From: an uncultured delta proteobacterium
GTDB taxonomy: Bacteria > Desulfobacterota > Zymogenia > Zymogenales > Zymogenaceae
NCBI GenBank assembly: GCA_963735595.1
Contig: CAVTLK010000001.1
Location: 832,001-896,000, forward strand
Length of the DNA: 64,000 nucleotides
Direction: 5' to 3'
The notes under the pieces are model-generated. The model saw only the letters and a program-made list of their open reading frames with translations, made no database searches and was not told where the DNA came from. Shown piece by piece: positions 41,871 through 52,606 of the stretch. Every line of letters starts with the position of its first letter. Within the stretch, counting starts at the first letter, position 1. The position numbers and the translations under genes were made by a program.

Positions 41871-42033
41871 GAATCCCGGGAACGGCCCCTCATATGCCCT
41901 GTTACGTGAGGCGCACCCCGGATTCCGTTATCTCCTCGCCAACCGATTGCCCGGGCTCGGAAATCGGCCCGGCGGTATGAGCCGCATGTTCGTTGGCCGT
42001 ATAATTCTGGCAAACAACACCCAAACACCGACG

Positions 42034-42699
42034 ATGCCCAAATCAACCTTCTCGATCATCAGCGAAGAAAAACGAAACCGGATCTATGATGCCGCCGCGC
42101 TGGAGTTTGCCCGTGAAGGGTATGAAAAGGCGAATATTAAAAACATCGCCGACCGTGCCGGGGTATCGAAAGGATCGCTCTACGATTATTTCGACAGCAA
42201 AGAGGAACTCTATCTGGACGTCTGCACCCATGGGATCTCCGTGTCGCGCAGGAATATCGATTCCATCATAGACGACGGCAAGGATTTCTTTACCCAGATC
42301 GGTGACATCTTCCATCAGGGTATGGCCTTCGTCGTCAAATACCCGCAGTACGCCCAGCTATACGTGAATATCTCTTCCAGCGGAATGGAGCAATTTGCAG
42401 ACAAGCTCACGCTTGCCGTCGAGAAACATACCGCGGACTACTATAAGGTGGCCATCAGGCGCGGCATCGACGAAGGTTTCATCCGGCCCGACCTCGACGT
42501 TGACATGACCGCGTTTCTCATCAACAGCATGTACGTGATGATGATAATATCTATCGTATCCCGCCACTACCGGATACGGCTCGGGGAATACTTGAGTCTT
42601 ACCGACGATCGGGTCGAAGAGGGAATAAAATCAAAAATCGACCAGGTTGTTAGCATTATCCGCTTCTCCATGGAGAACTCACCGAAGAAACAGGGCTGA
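42034..42699 (+). CDS. TetR/AcrR family regulator
   Basis: EFAREGY..ANIKNIA..AGVSKGSLYDYF.SKEEL. Confidence 0.95.
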   Translation: MPKSTFSIISEEKRNRIYDAAALEFAREGYEKANIKNIADRAGVSKGSLYDYFDSKEELYLDVCTHGISVSRRNIDSIIDDGKDFFTQIGDIFHQGMAFVVKYPQYAQLYVNISSSGMEQFADKLTLAVEKHTADYYKVAIRRGIDEGFIRPDLDVDMTAFLINSMYVMMIISIVSRHYRIRLGEYLSLTDDRVEEGIKSKIDQVVSIIRFSMENSPKKQG

Positions 42700-42738
42700 C
42701 GTTCCATGGGCGGCGGATCAGCGTTTATCGGCGCAGGG

Positions 42739-42756
42739 TGACCGAATGGTCGGTCA
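42739..42756. promoter_or_regulatory. putative TetR operator 2
   Basis: TGACCGA-ATGG-TCGGTCA palindrome, 15/18 identical to 41853-41870. Confidence 0.7.
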
Positions 42757-42797
42757 TCTTCGTAAAGAGGAAACGAGATAGAGCGAGGTAGTTAACC

Positions 42798-43610
42798 ATG
42801 TATGATTTTTCAGGAAAAGTCGCCCTGATCACCGGCTCCGGCAAGAAAGACGGGATTGGCTTCGGGATTGCCAAGCGGCTCGCCCGGGACGGCGCCCACG
42901 TGATCATCTCGGACGTATGCCGGGACATCGGCGTAAAAGATTACGCGAAGATAGGATGCTGGGAGGATCTCGAAACCCTGTCCACGGAGATCAACGGATC
43001 GGCCGTTCGTATTGACGTCACCGACGCCGAGTCTATCCAGCAGGCCGCCACGACGATACGGGAAAAATTCTCCCATCTCGATTTCCTTATCAACAATGCC
43101 GGCGCCGGCCCCTCCCCCAATCTTTTGCAGTACGTTGATCTCGATATGTGGAAGAAAACGATGGACATCAACCTGAACGGCACGCTGCTGGTCACCCGCG
43201 CGATGCTCCCCTTGATGACGCGGCCCGGCGCGGCGATCGTCAACACCGCCTCCCGGGCGGGAAAGCGCCCCCGCGCGTTCGGCGGCGCATACTGCGTGTC
43301 AAAGGCCGCCGTTATCATGCTCACCAAGGTCTTCGCGATAGAGGCCGGCATGAGCGGCATCCGGGTAAACGCCATCTGTCCCGGCCAGATAAACACCGAC
43401 CTGGAGCGGTGGTCGTTTGAGCTTCAGGCCAAGGCGTTTCAGAAGACCGTCGATCAGGTCATCGAGGAGGAGAAGCAGACCATTCCCCTCAAGCGCATCG
43501 GCACGCCCGAGGACGTAGCCGACATCGTGGCGTTCCTCCTCTCGGACGACGCCCGATACATCACCGGCCAGGCCGTGAACGTGGACGGCGGCCAGCTCAT
43601 GGAACTATAG
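42798..43610 (+). CDS. short-chain dehydrogenase/reductase
   Basis: TGSGKKDGIG, NNAG, YCVSK, YITGQ..NVDGG. Confidence 0.95.
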   Translation: MYDFSGKVALITGSGKKDGIGFGIAKRLARDGAHVIISDVCRDIGVKDYAKIGCWEDLETLSTEINGSAVRIDVTDAESIQQAATTIREKFSHLDFLINNAGAGPSPNLLQYVDLDMWKKTMDINLNGTLLVTRAMLPLMTRPGAAIVNTASRAGKRPRAFGGAYCVSKAAVIMLTKVFAIEAGMSGIRVNAICPGQINTDLERWSFELQAKAFQKTVDQVIEEEKQTIPLKRIGTPEDVADIVAFLLSDDARYITGQAVNVDGGQLMEL

Positions 43611-43620
43611 GAGGTACGGC

Positions 43621-45355
43621 ATGAATAGCACGAATCCAACAGGCACCCCCCAGAATAGTAAGCAGCCGGCCGACCGGGTAATGACCGGCGGCGAGCTCGT
43701 CGTCCGGGCGCTGGAGCAAAAGGGCGTCGAATACATCTTTACCCTCAGCGGCGGGCATATCGCCCCGATCTATCAGCACCTCATCAAATCCGACATCAAG
43801 CTCTTTGACACCCGCCACGAGCAGGCCGCCGTCTTTATGGCCGATGCCTACGCGCGTCTCACCGGCAAAGTCGGGGTGGCGCTTGTCACGGCCGGTCCCG
43901 GTTTTACCAACGCAGTTACCGGCATCGCAAACGCCCGCATGGCCGGCTCCCCGATCCTCGTGTTATCGGGCAGGATCGGTCTGAGGATGGACGAGCGGCT
44001 CGACCTCCAGGAGATCGAGCAGAGAAACGTGGTGGCCCCGATCACCAAGTGGGCCAAGACCGCCACGAACGTCAACCGCATACCCGAGCTGGTCGATGTG
44101 GCCTTCAAGACCGCGCTTGCCACGAGCCCCGGGCCCACGTTCCTCGAGTTCCCAGTTGACGTCCTCACGGCGTCCTGCCCGGCCGACGGCGTAAAGTTCC
44201 TCGATTCCCCGATGCCGCTTCGTTCGATGGGGGACCCGGCCGCAATCGAGCAGGCCGCCTCGTTTATCGCACAGGCCAAGCACCCGATTATCATCGCCGG
44301 TAGCGGCGTTCGGTTCTCGGGATCGGTCGCTCCCGTTAAAGAGCTGGTGGAAGAGACCGGGATACCGCTGTTCACCCTCTCGATGGGCAAGGGGACCCTG
44401 CCGGAGGACCACCCCCTCTGTTTCGGCTCCGCCCTCCTGATCCGTCCGGGCGCGGCCGGGGCCGCCGTCACCGGCGGCAGACATGATCGTGCTGCTCGGG
44501 ACGAGAATCAACCTCTTTACGATGTTCGGCGATGTCTTCCCGGCCGACGCCAAAATCATCCATGTCAATATCGATCCCATCGAGATCGGCAGAAACCGCC
44601 GGGTCGACACGGCGATTGTCGGCGACGCCTGCTTGTGGCCGGCCAGCTCAAGCAGGCGCTTGCCGGACGTATCAGGAAAGACGCCTTCGCGGAGTGGATC
44701 GCCGAGCTGAAAAAACAGCGTGACTTTTCACTTGATTCCGTAAAAGATCAGCTAAACTCCGAGGCGGTGCCGATTCACCCTCAGCGCCTCATGAAAGAGG
44801 TGGACGAGTTTATGGGAAGAAGAGGGGATCGTCGTTGCCGACGGCGGCGACACCTCCGTCTGGCTTGGCATGACCAGGAAGACCTACCGTCACGGCGATT
44901 ATCTCGAATCGGGGTTGTTCGGCTGTCTCGGCGTTGGCATACCGTTCGCCCTGACCGCAAAGCTCCTTTCCCCGAAAGAGCGGGTGCTTCTGGTCACCGG
45001 CGACGGCTCACTTGGTTTCAACTTAATGGAGATCAACACCGCGATCCGCTTCAGACTCCCTATCGTCATCGTGGTGAGCAACGACCTCGGCTGGGGGATG
45101 ATCCGGCACAGCCAGAGCCTGAAGTTCGGCCCGGGCGTCAACGTGGCCACGGAGCTCGGCACCTTCCCGTACCACACGATGATCGAGGCGATGGGCGGAT
45201 ACGGCCAGCTCGTCGAAAAACCGGGGGACATACGGCCGGCCCTTGAGCGCGCCTTCAAATCGGGCAAGGTATCCCTCATCAACGTCATGACCGACCCGGA
45301 CGTCATCAGCCCGGGGAGCTACGCCCTGGCAAATATCGCCGCCTCGGCGTATTAG
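43621..45355 (+). CDS. ThDP-dependent enzyme, 2-hydroxyacyl-CoA lyase/IlvB-like (three apparent frameshifts at about 44472, 44632, 44820)
   Basis: FTLSGGHI, TRHEQAA, TAGPGFTN; GCLGVG, GDGSLGF...SNDLGWG in shifted frames. Confidence 0.85.
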
Positions 45356-45378
45356 TCTCTGCGAAAAGGAGTTGGGTT

Positions 45379-46928
45379 ATGTCCGCCGACACGAAGACTA
45401 AATTGACCGACGCGTTTAAGAAGAACAGGGAGACCATCTTCCTTGTCCTTGCCGTGATCGTGGCCGTGATCGTTTACTACGCACCGCTGCCCGACACCAT
45501 CTCGCTGGGCGATAAGACCGCCACGCTGACCCACCAGGGGCGGCTCACCATGACGCTTCTTGCCTTTGCCATCGTCATGTGGGTGACGGAGGCCGCCTCT
45601 TTCGCGGTGACCTCGATTCTCGTGATGATTCTCATGGCGCTCCTGGGCGCCACCGAGGGCATGGAGGTGGTCACCGCCAAGGGCGTTGAGACCGTGCACG
45701 GCGCGGCCGACGGCCTGGTTGAGCTCATCAAGATCGGGTTCGGCAACAGCCTCGTCTTCTTCTTCCTCGGCGTCTTCCTGTTGACGGGGGCCTTCGTGAA
45801 ATCGGGGCTGGGCGAGCGGCTGACGCTCGTCATCCTCCGGGTGCTCGGGACCGGGACAAGAATGGTGGTGCTGGGCTTCCTCATCATGGGGACCATCACC
45901 TCCATGTGGGTGACCGACATGGCCGTCGCGGCCATGATGACCCCCCTGGGGGTAGCGCTCTTACGGAGCGCCGGCATCAAGCCGGGTAAAAGCAACTTCG
46001 GCAAGGCGCTCATGATCGCCTGCTGCTGGGGAGGGGTCTTCGGTGGTATCGGGACGCCCGCCGGATGCGGCCCCAACCCGATAGCTATCGGATACCTGAA
46101 CGACCTGGCGGGCCTTCATGTCTCGTTTCTGGACTGGATGAAGATCGGCGTCCCGGCCGCACTGATCCTGGTTCCCTTCGGCTGGCTCGTCCTCATCCTG
46201 GTCTTCCCGCCGGAGATCAAGCGGCTGCCGATGGAGCAGCAGGAGATCAGGAAACGGCTCAAGGATAAGGGGGGCTCTCCCGCCCGGAGATCATTACGCT
46301 TGCGGTGTTTCTCTCGGTCATTGTCCTCTGGATGGCCACCGACTATATCGCCAAGATCAGCGGGGGGACGATCGTCCTCTCCATGGAGATGGTGGCGATG
46401 GCCGGCGGCCTGGTCTTCTTCCTCCCCGGTATCGGGATCATGACCTGGGAGGAGGCCGAGCCGCTGATGAACTGGGATTCCATCGTCCTGGTGCTGGCCT
46501 CGCTGGCGTTGGGCCTGATGATGTACAAGACCGGCGCGGCGCGCTGGCTTTCCTGGATACTGCTCGGAAACATCACCGGGTTTCATCCGGTCGTCCAGAT
46601 CGCCCTGGTGATCGCCGCCGTCATGTTCATGAAGCTCTTCCTTGCTTCGAACACCGTTACCGGGATTATCGTTATACCGCTGTTGATTACGCTTGCCGCG
46701 GACCTCGGGCTGGACGCGTGGTTCCTCGTGGCGCCGGCGGCCTTCACGGCGTCGTTGGGGATTATCCTCTTGACGCAGTCGCCGACCAACATCATCCCGT
46801 ACACGTCCGGCTATTTCTCCGTGAAGGACTTCGCCCTGTCGGGCATCGTCATGACGGTGGTGATGATCGTCCTGCTTACCCTGGTCATCTCGGTTGTGGG
46901 GCCGCTCATGGGGATCTATAATTTTTAG
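45379..46928 (+). CDS. DASS/SLC13 divalent anion:sodium symporter (apparent frameshift near 46275)
   Basis: SMWVTDMA, GGIGTPAGCGPN, SNTVT, SPTNII...GY; frames join at a G-run. Confidence 0.88.
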
Positions 46929-46956
46929 TTGCGTCCCCTTTTCTGTTTACTTTTTT

Positions 46957-46988
46957 GCCCCGCCCTCTATAATAGGGGCGGGGTTTTT
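46957..46988 (+). terminator. intrinsic terminator
   Basis: GCCCCGCCC...GGGCGGGGT followed by a T-run. Confidence 0.65.
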
Positions 46989-47019
46989 CAGATCATCCAA
47001 CCTTTCGTGAGGAGAAACC

Positions 47020-48210
47020 ATGGGAACCATTATCCTGATCCTCTTTTTCCTATTGTTTCCCGTCCTGGTCATCTATCTCTGCGATAAATATCCGGCCGTC
47101 GATAAACTCGGGGCCGTGATCCTCTGCTACGCCGCGGGTATTCTCCTCGGCAACGTCGGGCTGCTGCCCTCCGGCAGCGCCAAGACCATCGACCTGATCA
47201 TGACGATCGCTATCCCGCTCTCTCTTCCGCTGCTGCTGTTTTCCATGGACATCAGGAAATGGTCAAGGCTCGCTGGGAAGACCCTCTTGTCGATGATACT
47301 TGCGATCTTTTGTATCATGATCACGTCATTTGTCTCCTTCCTGCTCTTCAAGGATTCGCTCCCCGAGGGCTGGAAGATCGCGGGTATGCTCATGGGCGTC
47401 TACACCGGGGGCACGCCGAACCTCGCGGCCATCGGCACCGCCCTTAAAGTCGACCCGACCACCTTCATCATGGTGCAGACGGCGGACGTCATCATCAGCT
47501 CGGTATATATCCTCTTTTTAGTCACGATCGCCCAGCGGGTCTTTCTCCTGGTCCTGCCCCCCTTCAAGAAGACCGCCGCCGCCGGCGAAGCCGTCACGGG
47601 AGGGGAGTTTACGGACTATTCGGGTATCTTCAGCAGGGCAAAGATCATTCCCCTGGTTGCTGCCCTGTTCCTGTCGATCCTCATCTTCGCGGTAAGCGCC
47701 GGCATCATGTTCGGCCTGCCGCCCGTGCTCTCCCGGATATTGCCCGATTTCAGCCCGGAGCGCTATAAGCTCTTCGAGGTCGCGGTCATAATCCTCTCGA
47801 TCACGACGCTCGGGATCCTCGCCTCACTCGTCCCGAAGATCAGGAACGTCGACAAGACCTTTCAGCTGGGGATGTACATCATCCTGGTCTTCTGCACGGC
47901 CGTCGGCGCGCTTGCCGACCTTACCAAGCTCTTCACCATGGCCCCGGAGATCATGGTCTTCGTGGCAATCTGCGTCTTTGGGACCCTGATCCTGCAGGTG
48001 CTCCTCTCGATCCCGCTCAAGATCGACGCCGACACCACCATCATCGTATCCACCTCGGCCATCTGCTCCCCGCCGTTTGTCCCGGTGATCGCGGGCGCCC
48101 TCAAGAACAAGGAAATTGTATTTTCCGGCGTCACCACGGGGATCATCGGGTACGCCATCGGCAACTACCTGGGTATCACGCTGGCCTATCTCTATCACGC
48201 TTTCTTCTAG
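47020..48210 (+). CDS. DUF819 family membrane transporter-like protein
   Basis: GVYTGGTPN, SPPFVP, GIIGYAIGNYLG. Confidence 0.88.
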   Translation: MGTIILILFFLLFPVLVIYLCDKYPAVDKLGAVILCYAAGILLGNVGLLPSGSAKTIDLIMTIAIPLSLPLLLFSMDIRKWSRLAGKTLLSMILAIFCIMITSFVSFLLFKDSLPEGWKIAGMLMGVYTGGTPNLAAIGTALKVDPTTFIMVQTADVIISSVYILFLVTIAQRVFLLVLPPFKKTAAAGEAVTGGEFTDYSGIFSRAKIIPLVAALFLSILIFAVSAGIMFGLPPVLSRILPDFSPERYKLFEVAVIILSITTLGILASLVPKIRNVDKTFQLGMYIILVFCTAVGALADLTKLFTMAPEIMVFVAICVFGTLILQVLLSIPLKIDADTTIIVSTSAICSPPFVPVIAGALKNKEIVFSGVTTGIIGYAIGNYLGITLAYLYHAFF

Positions 48211-48284
48211 TTCAGATGCCCTCACACGCCCGCCCGATACCGGCCTCCCTGGATTGAGGCCGTCCGAAAGAACCTGAATAAAAG

Positions 48285-48321
48285 AAAAGGCCGTTTCCCA
48301 CCCGGGGAAACGGCCTTTTTT
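48285..48321. terminator. bidirectional intrinsic terminator
   Basis: AAAAGGCCGTTTCCC-5nt-GGGAAACGGCCTTTT between convergent genes. Confidence 0.85.
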
Positions 48322-48353
48322 CATTTAGAGGGCGAATAACGAACGGTGCGCGG

Positions 48354-49412
48354 TTACTTCTTCTGCTCGAAACGCCCCGGAACGCGGGCCCCGCACGCCG
48401 GGCACGACGACTCGACGAGCCTCACCGTCACCGATCCCGCCGTCCGACGGTCTATCAGGAGCTCACTACAGGACGGGCAGACGGTGCTTTCATACGGGTG
48501 CCCCGGGACATTGCCAAGATAGGGGTAGTTCAACCCCTCCCCGCGCGCCATACGGTAGATATCTTCGAGGGTCTCTATGGCGGTGGAGGGGTAACCCGTC
48601 CACTGGTGATGGGGCGAAAACCGCGTGATGTGCCACGGCGTGTCGGCCCCCACCTCCCGAACGATCCACCGCACCAGGTCGGTGAGCTCGGCGAGTTTGT
48701 CGTTTACCCCCGGGATGATGTTGGTAACCAGCTCCACGTGCATTCCCCATCGACGCCTGGCGCGCAGGACTGCCTCGAGGATGTCCCGATAGTCGACGAT
48801 CCCGCCGATAAGCCGGTAGGTCTTCTCCGAGAAGCCCTTGATATCCACCCGGAAGGAGTCGAGCGACTGGCCCAGGTAATCCAGCGTATCGCTGGTAAGG
48901 TAGCCGTTGGTGACCCAGTTTGTTGAGAGACCCGCCTCCTTGGCCAGCGTCATGGCGCGCTGGGCGTACTCAACCCAGAGCGTCGGCTCGTTATAGGTAA
49001 ACGAGAGGCCGTCCACCCGCTCCCGGTGGGAAATCTCGATGAGCACCTCCGGCGCCAGGTATTCGGTCTCGGTCGTGTGTTCGCCGCCCTGGATGCAGTA
49101 TGATCCCTGTGAGTCCGGTATCGCGTGGGCGATCTCCCAGTTCTGGCACCCCGGACACTTGAAATTGCATCCCACCGACCCGACCGAGAGCCACGTGGAC
49201 CCCGGCATGAAATGAAACATCGGCTTGCTCTCTACCGGAGATACCATGATTGAGGATACCCGGCCGTACGTCAGGGAGAATATCTTCCCCGCCTTGTTGA
49301 GCCGGGTCTTACACCAACCCAGGCCCCCCTCGGGTATGGCGCAGCGTCGGAGACAAACGCGGCACTGGGCACGTCTGTTTTCGAGTCTCGTATAGAGAGA
49401 GGCATGATACAT
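48354..49412 (-). CDS. AmmeMemoRadiSam-type radical SAM enzyme
   Basis: CRVC.R.C, GCNFKCPGCQNW, FTYNEPT, TNGY, PWHITRF.P, YLGNV. Confidence 0.9.
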   Translation of the reverse strand: MYHASLYTRLENRRAQCRVCLRRCAIPEGGLGWCKTRLNKAGKIFSLTYGRVSSIMVSPVESKPMFHFMPGSTWLSVGSVGCNFKCPGCQNWEIAHAIPDSQGSYCIQGGEHTTETEYLAPEVLIEISHRERVDGLSFTYNEPTLWVEYAQRAMTLAKEAGLSTNWVTNGYLTSDTLDYLGQSLDSFRVDIKGFSEKTYRLIGGIVDYRDILEAVLRARRRWGMHVELVTNIIPGVNDKLAELTDLVRWIVREVGADTPWHITRFSPHHQWTGYPSTAIETLEDIYRMARGEGLNYPYLGNVPGHPYESTVCPSCSELLIDRRTAGSVTVRLVESSCPACGARVPGRFEQKK

Positions 49413-49551
49413 GGTGTCGCACAGTTGAGATGTAATTGTTTTGAAATCCGACGGCGCCTGTGATATATGGTAGCCGTATGGCTCACAGGCAGACGTCCCG
49501 GGCAACCGACGGTGCGATCATACTACATACCGAGAGGAAAAACAACCAATC

Positions 49552-50538
49552 ATGACCAGGAAGGTGCTGATCACCAGATTAATTCCCGCCGTCGGCCTCG
49601 AGGCCCTGCGCAATCGCTACGACATGGTCCTCAACGAACACGACCGGCCGATGACCGCACACGAGATCACGGAGCGCGTTGCCGACGTCGCCGGGATCGT
49701 CTGCCTTTTGACCGACCGCATCGACGATACGGTCATGGAGGCGGCGCCGAACCTGGTAGGGATCGCGAACTACGCCGCGGGTTTTGACAACATCGACATC
49801 GCGGCGGCAACCCGGCGCGGCATTCCGGTCACCAATACGCCCGGCGTCCTGACCGAGGCCACCGCGGAGCTCGCGATCGCCCTCATGTTCGCGGTCGCCC
49901 GCCGGATACCCGGTGCCGAGCGTTTCGTCAGGTCCGGCGCCTGGCGCGGCTGGGGGCCGATGCAGTTCCTGGGTGCCGATATCCAGGGGGCGACCCTCGG
50001 CATCGTCGGCATGGGAAAGATCGGGCAGGCCGTGGGGCGGCGGGGACACGGCCTGGGCATGAAGGTCGTCTGTCATGAAGAGGCCCCCTTTGATGAGGCC
50101 GCACTCGGCTTTGAGGCCCGGCGTGTTGCACTCTCCGAGCTTCTCGCCGTCTCCGATTTCGTGTCCCTCCATGTCCCCCTTACCGAACGAACGCGCAGCC
50201 TCATCGGGGGCGCGGAGCTCTCGGTAATGAAGCCGGCCGCGTACCTCATCAATACCTCCCGGGGGCAGGTCGTAGACGAGGCCGCCCTTGCCGATGCGTT
50301 GGCCCGCGGCGTGATCGCCGGGGCGGGGCTTGATGTCTACGAGAGGGAGCCCGAGATCAATCCGAGCCTCCTGGGCTTGGATAACTGCGTGCTGCTCCCC
50401 CATATCGGCAGCGCCACCACCGCGACGCGCGAGAGTATGGCGCGGACCGCCGCCGAATGCCTCGTGGCGATGATCGAGGAAACCGAAATCCCCAATCTCG
50501 TTAATCCCGACTATATAAACCACCGCCGGAAGGAGTAA
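49552..50538 (+). CDS. D-glycerate dehydrogenase / glyoxylate-hydroxypyruvate reductase
   Basis: NTPGVLTEATAE, GMGKIG, INTSRG, LDVYE.EP, PHIGSAT. Confidence 0.93.
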   Translation: MTRKVLITRLIPAVGLEALRNRYDMVLNEHDRPMTAHEITERVADVAGIVCLLTDRIDDTVMEAAPNLVGIANYAAGFDNIDIAAATRRGIPVTNTPGVLTEATAELAIALMFAVARRIPGAERFVRSGAWRGWGPMQFLGADIQGATLGIVGMGKIGQAVGRRGHGLGMKVVCHEEAPFDEAALGFEARRVALSELLAVSDFVSLHVPLTERTRSLIGGAELSVMKPAAYLINTSRGQVVDEAALADALARGVIAGAGLDVYEREPEINPSLLGLDNCVLLPHIGSATTATRESMARTAAECLVAMIEETEIPNLVNPDYINHRRKE

Positions 50539-50542
50539 TACG

Positions 50543-50962
50543 ATGCGCTACCGCGCCCAGGGACACGGGTACATCATACAGCTGGCCATAGGAGAGGAGA
50601 TTGGCCCATCCCTCATCGAATTCGGCGCCCGCCAGACCGTGGATGCCGCGCACTTCTGGGGTATCGGCGCCGCGCGGGAAATCGTGCTGGGCTCTTACGA
50701 TATCGAGCGGAAGGTTTACCACAAGAAGGCCCTCGAGGGCGTTTGGGAGATCGCATCGCTGACCGGAAGCCTCGCGCAAACCGACGGGGGCCCGATCCTG
50801 CACATCCACGGTGTCTTCTCCGACGAGGACTGCCGTACGTGCGGCGGCCACGTCTTCAACATGGTCTGCGCCGCTACCGTGGAGATATTTCTTGTACCTC
50901 TTCCCGCGGGACTCACCCGGCGGTACGACGAGCACACGGGGCTCAAGCTCCTGGACCTGTAA
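50543..50962 (+). CDS. PPC/DUF296 domain protein
   Basis: GIGA, EIASLTG, HIH, GGH, ATVE. Confidence 0.9.
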   Translation: MRYRAQGHGYIIQLAIGEEIGPSLIEFGARQTVDAAHFWGIGAAREIVLGSYDIERKVYHKKALEGVWEIASLTGSLAQTDGGPILHIHGVFSDEDCRTCGGHVFNMVCAATVEIFLVPLPAGLTRRYDEHTGLKLLDL

Positions 50963-51086
50963 AACCGGTGTACGGTTCGGATGTACTGCGGCCAACGCAC
51001 TGCCGGAGCGTGCCGGAGCGATAGTTGACGGACGGCGTCGACTGCCTTACAATGGTAGTGGTGTCACCATCTTTTGAGAAACGGCA

Positions 51087-52583
51087 ATGGCGCGAACAGA
51101 AATCCTGATTACCGGGGCGCTGGTTACCGACGGCACCGGCGCCGAGCCGGTCCCGCGCGATATCCTGGTCCTGGGCCCGACGATCGCCGATGTCGCGGCC
51201 GATATCGCCGCGCCCGACGCCGAGCGGTTTGACGCGACCGGCCTCATGGCCGCCCCCGGTTTTATCGACATCCACGCCCACGGCGATTTTGACCGTCTCG
51301 TTCACCCGCTTGCGGAACAAAAGCTGCGGCAGGGATGCACCCTGGAGGTCGTGGGGAACTGCGGCCTGACCCCGTTTCCGTATAACGATACCATCCGGGA
51401 CACGCTCCAGGCCATGATCGCCACAATAGTCGGCACCGATTTTACCGGGTTTGCCCGGTACGGCGACTACACATCGTTTCTGGAAAAACGGGGCCTGTCG
51501 ATCAACCTGGCCTCCTATGTCGGGCAGGGGATGATCCGCGGCTGCGTGGTGGGGATGAGCGCCGACCCGGCGGGAAATGACGATTTTTCACGGATGGAGC
51601 GGTTGCTGGGCCAGGCCCTCGAAGACGGCGTAATCGGCGTTTCCACCGGGCTTATTTATCCGCCCGGCTCTATGACAAGCGCCGGCGAGCTGGTACGGCT
51701 CATGGAATCGGCTGTACGGTTTCGCGCGGGAGCGCGCCCCGTCTATGCCTCGCACATGCGTAACGAAGGCAAAGACATCCATACGGCCCTCGATGAGGCG
51801 ATCCGCATCGGGACCGAAGCCGGCTGCCCCGTGCAGATATCCCACCTCAAGTGCCAGGAGCGCTCCAACTGGGGGAGATCGGCCGAGGTCATCGAACGGA
51901 TATCGCAGGCCCGCTCGGCGGGATTGGATATAATGGCCGATATGTATCCCTACCTCTTTCTCTCGACGCTCTTGGCTATCATCCTTACTCACCCGGAGGG
52001 AGATCCCGAAAAGATCATCGTCTCCAAGTCGCTTACCCCCGAAGGACGCCTCTGGGATGAAGTCGTGGGGCACTCACTCGCGGAGATAGCCGAGCGCTGG
52101 GGAGTTTCAACCGATGAGGCCGGGGCCCGGATTACGTCCGCAAGTCCCTCGACGCTGGCCGTCGGTGAATTCATGCACGAAGACGACCTGGTTAATTTTA
52201 TGCGGCAGGACTGGGTCTTCTTCGGCAGCGACGGGATAGAAGATACGGTCGGCAAACCCCACCCGCGTGTCACCGGCACCTTTCCCCGGGTGTTGGCCCG
52301 CTACGTGCGCGAAAAGGGGGTACTCACCTGGGGGGAGGCAATCGCAAAGATGACCGGAAGGCCCGCGGCCAGGCTGGGGCTTGCCGGCCGGGGGATAATT
52401 GCCCCGGGATACGCCGCGGATATTACGCTGTTTGACCCCAAGACCGTCGCCGACAACTCGACGTACCGGGACCCGCACCGCTCCCCTTCCGGCATCCCCC
52501 GCGTGATGGTAAATGGGCAATGGGCGCTTGCCGACGGGAAACCCACGGGTTCTGCGAGCGGCATGATTCTGAGACCCGTATGA
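51087..52583 (+). CDS. N-acyl-D-amino acid deacylase (D-aminoacylase)
   Basis: PGFIDIHAH.D, GNCG, STGLIYPPG, SHMRNE, ISHLK, GSDG, HPR..GTFPR. Confidence 0.92.
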   Translation: MARTEILITGALVTDGTGAEPVPRDILVLGPTIADVAADIAAPDAERFDATGLMAAPGFIDIHAHGDFDRLVHPLAEQKLRQGCTLEVVGNCGLTPFPYNDTIRDTLQAMIATIVGTDFTGFARYGDYTSFLEKRGLSINLASYVGQGMIRGCVVGMSADPAGNDDFSRMERLLGQALEDGVIGVSTGLIYPPGSMTSAGELVRLMESAVRFRAGARPVYASHMRNEGKDIHTALDEAIRIGTEAGCPVQISHLKCQERSNWGRSAEVIERISQARSAGLDIMADMYPYLFLSTLLAIILTHPEGDPEKIIVSKSLTPEGRLWDEVVGHSLAEIAERWGVSTDEAGARITSASPSTLAVGEFMHEDDLVNFMRQDWVFFGSDGIEDTVGKPHPRVTGTFPRVLARYVREKGVLTWGEAIAKMTGRPAARLGLAGRGIIAPGYAADITLFDPKTVADNSTYRDPHRSPSGIPRVMVNGQWALADGKPTGSASGMILRPV

Positions 52584-52606
52584 GCCTGCCGAATAACGGA
52601 TAACCG

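Noticed and set aside
41976..41988. 13-nt match (TATGAGCCGCATG) to the tRNA-Met anticodon arm, a possible att site
   Set aside because: Too short, no integrase nearby, and the intervening genes look like core metabolism
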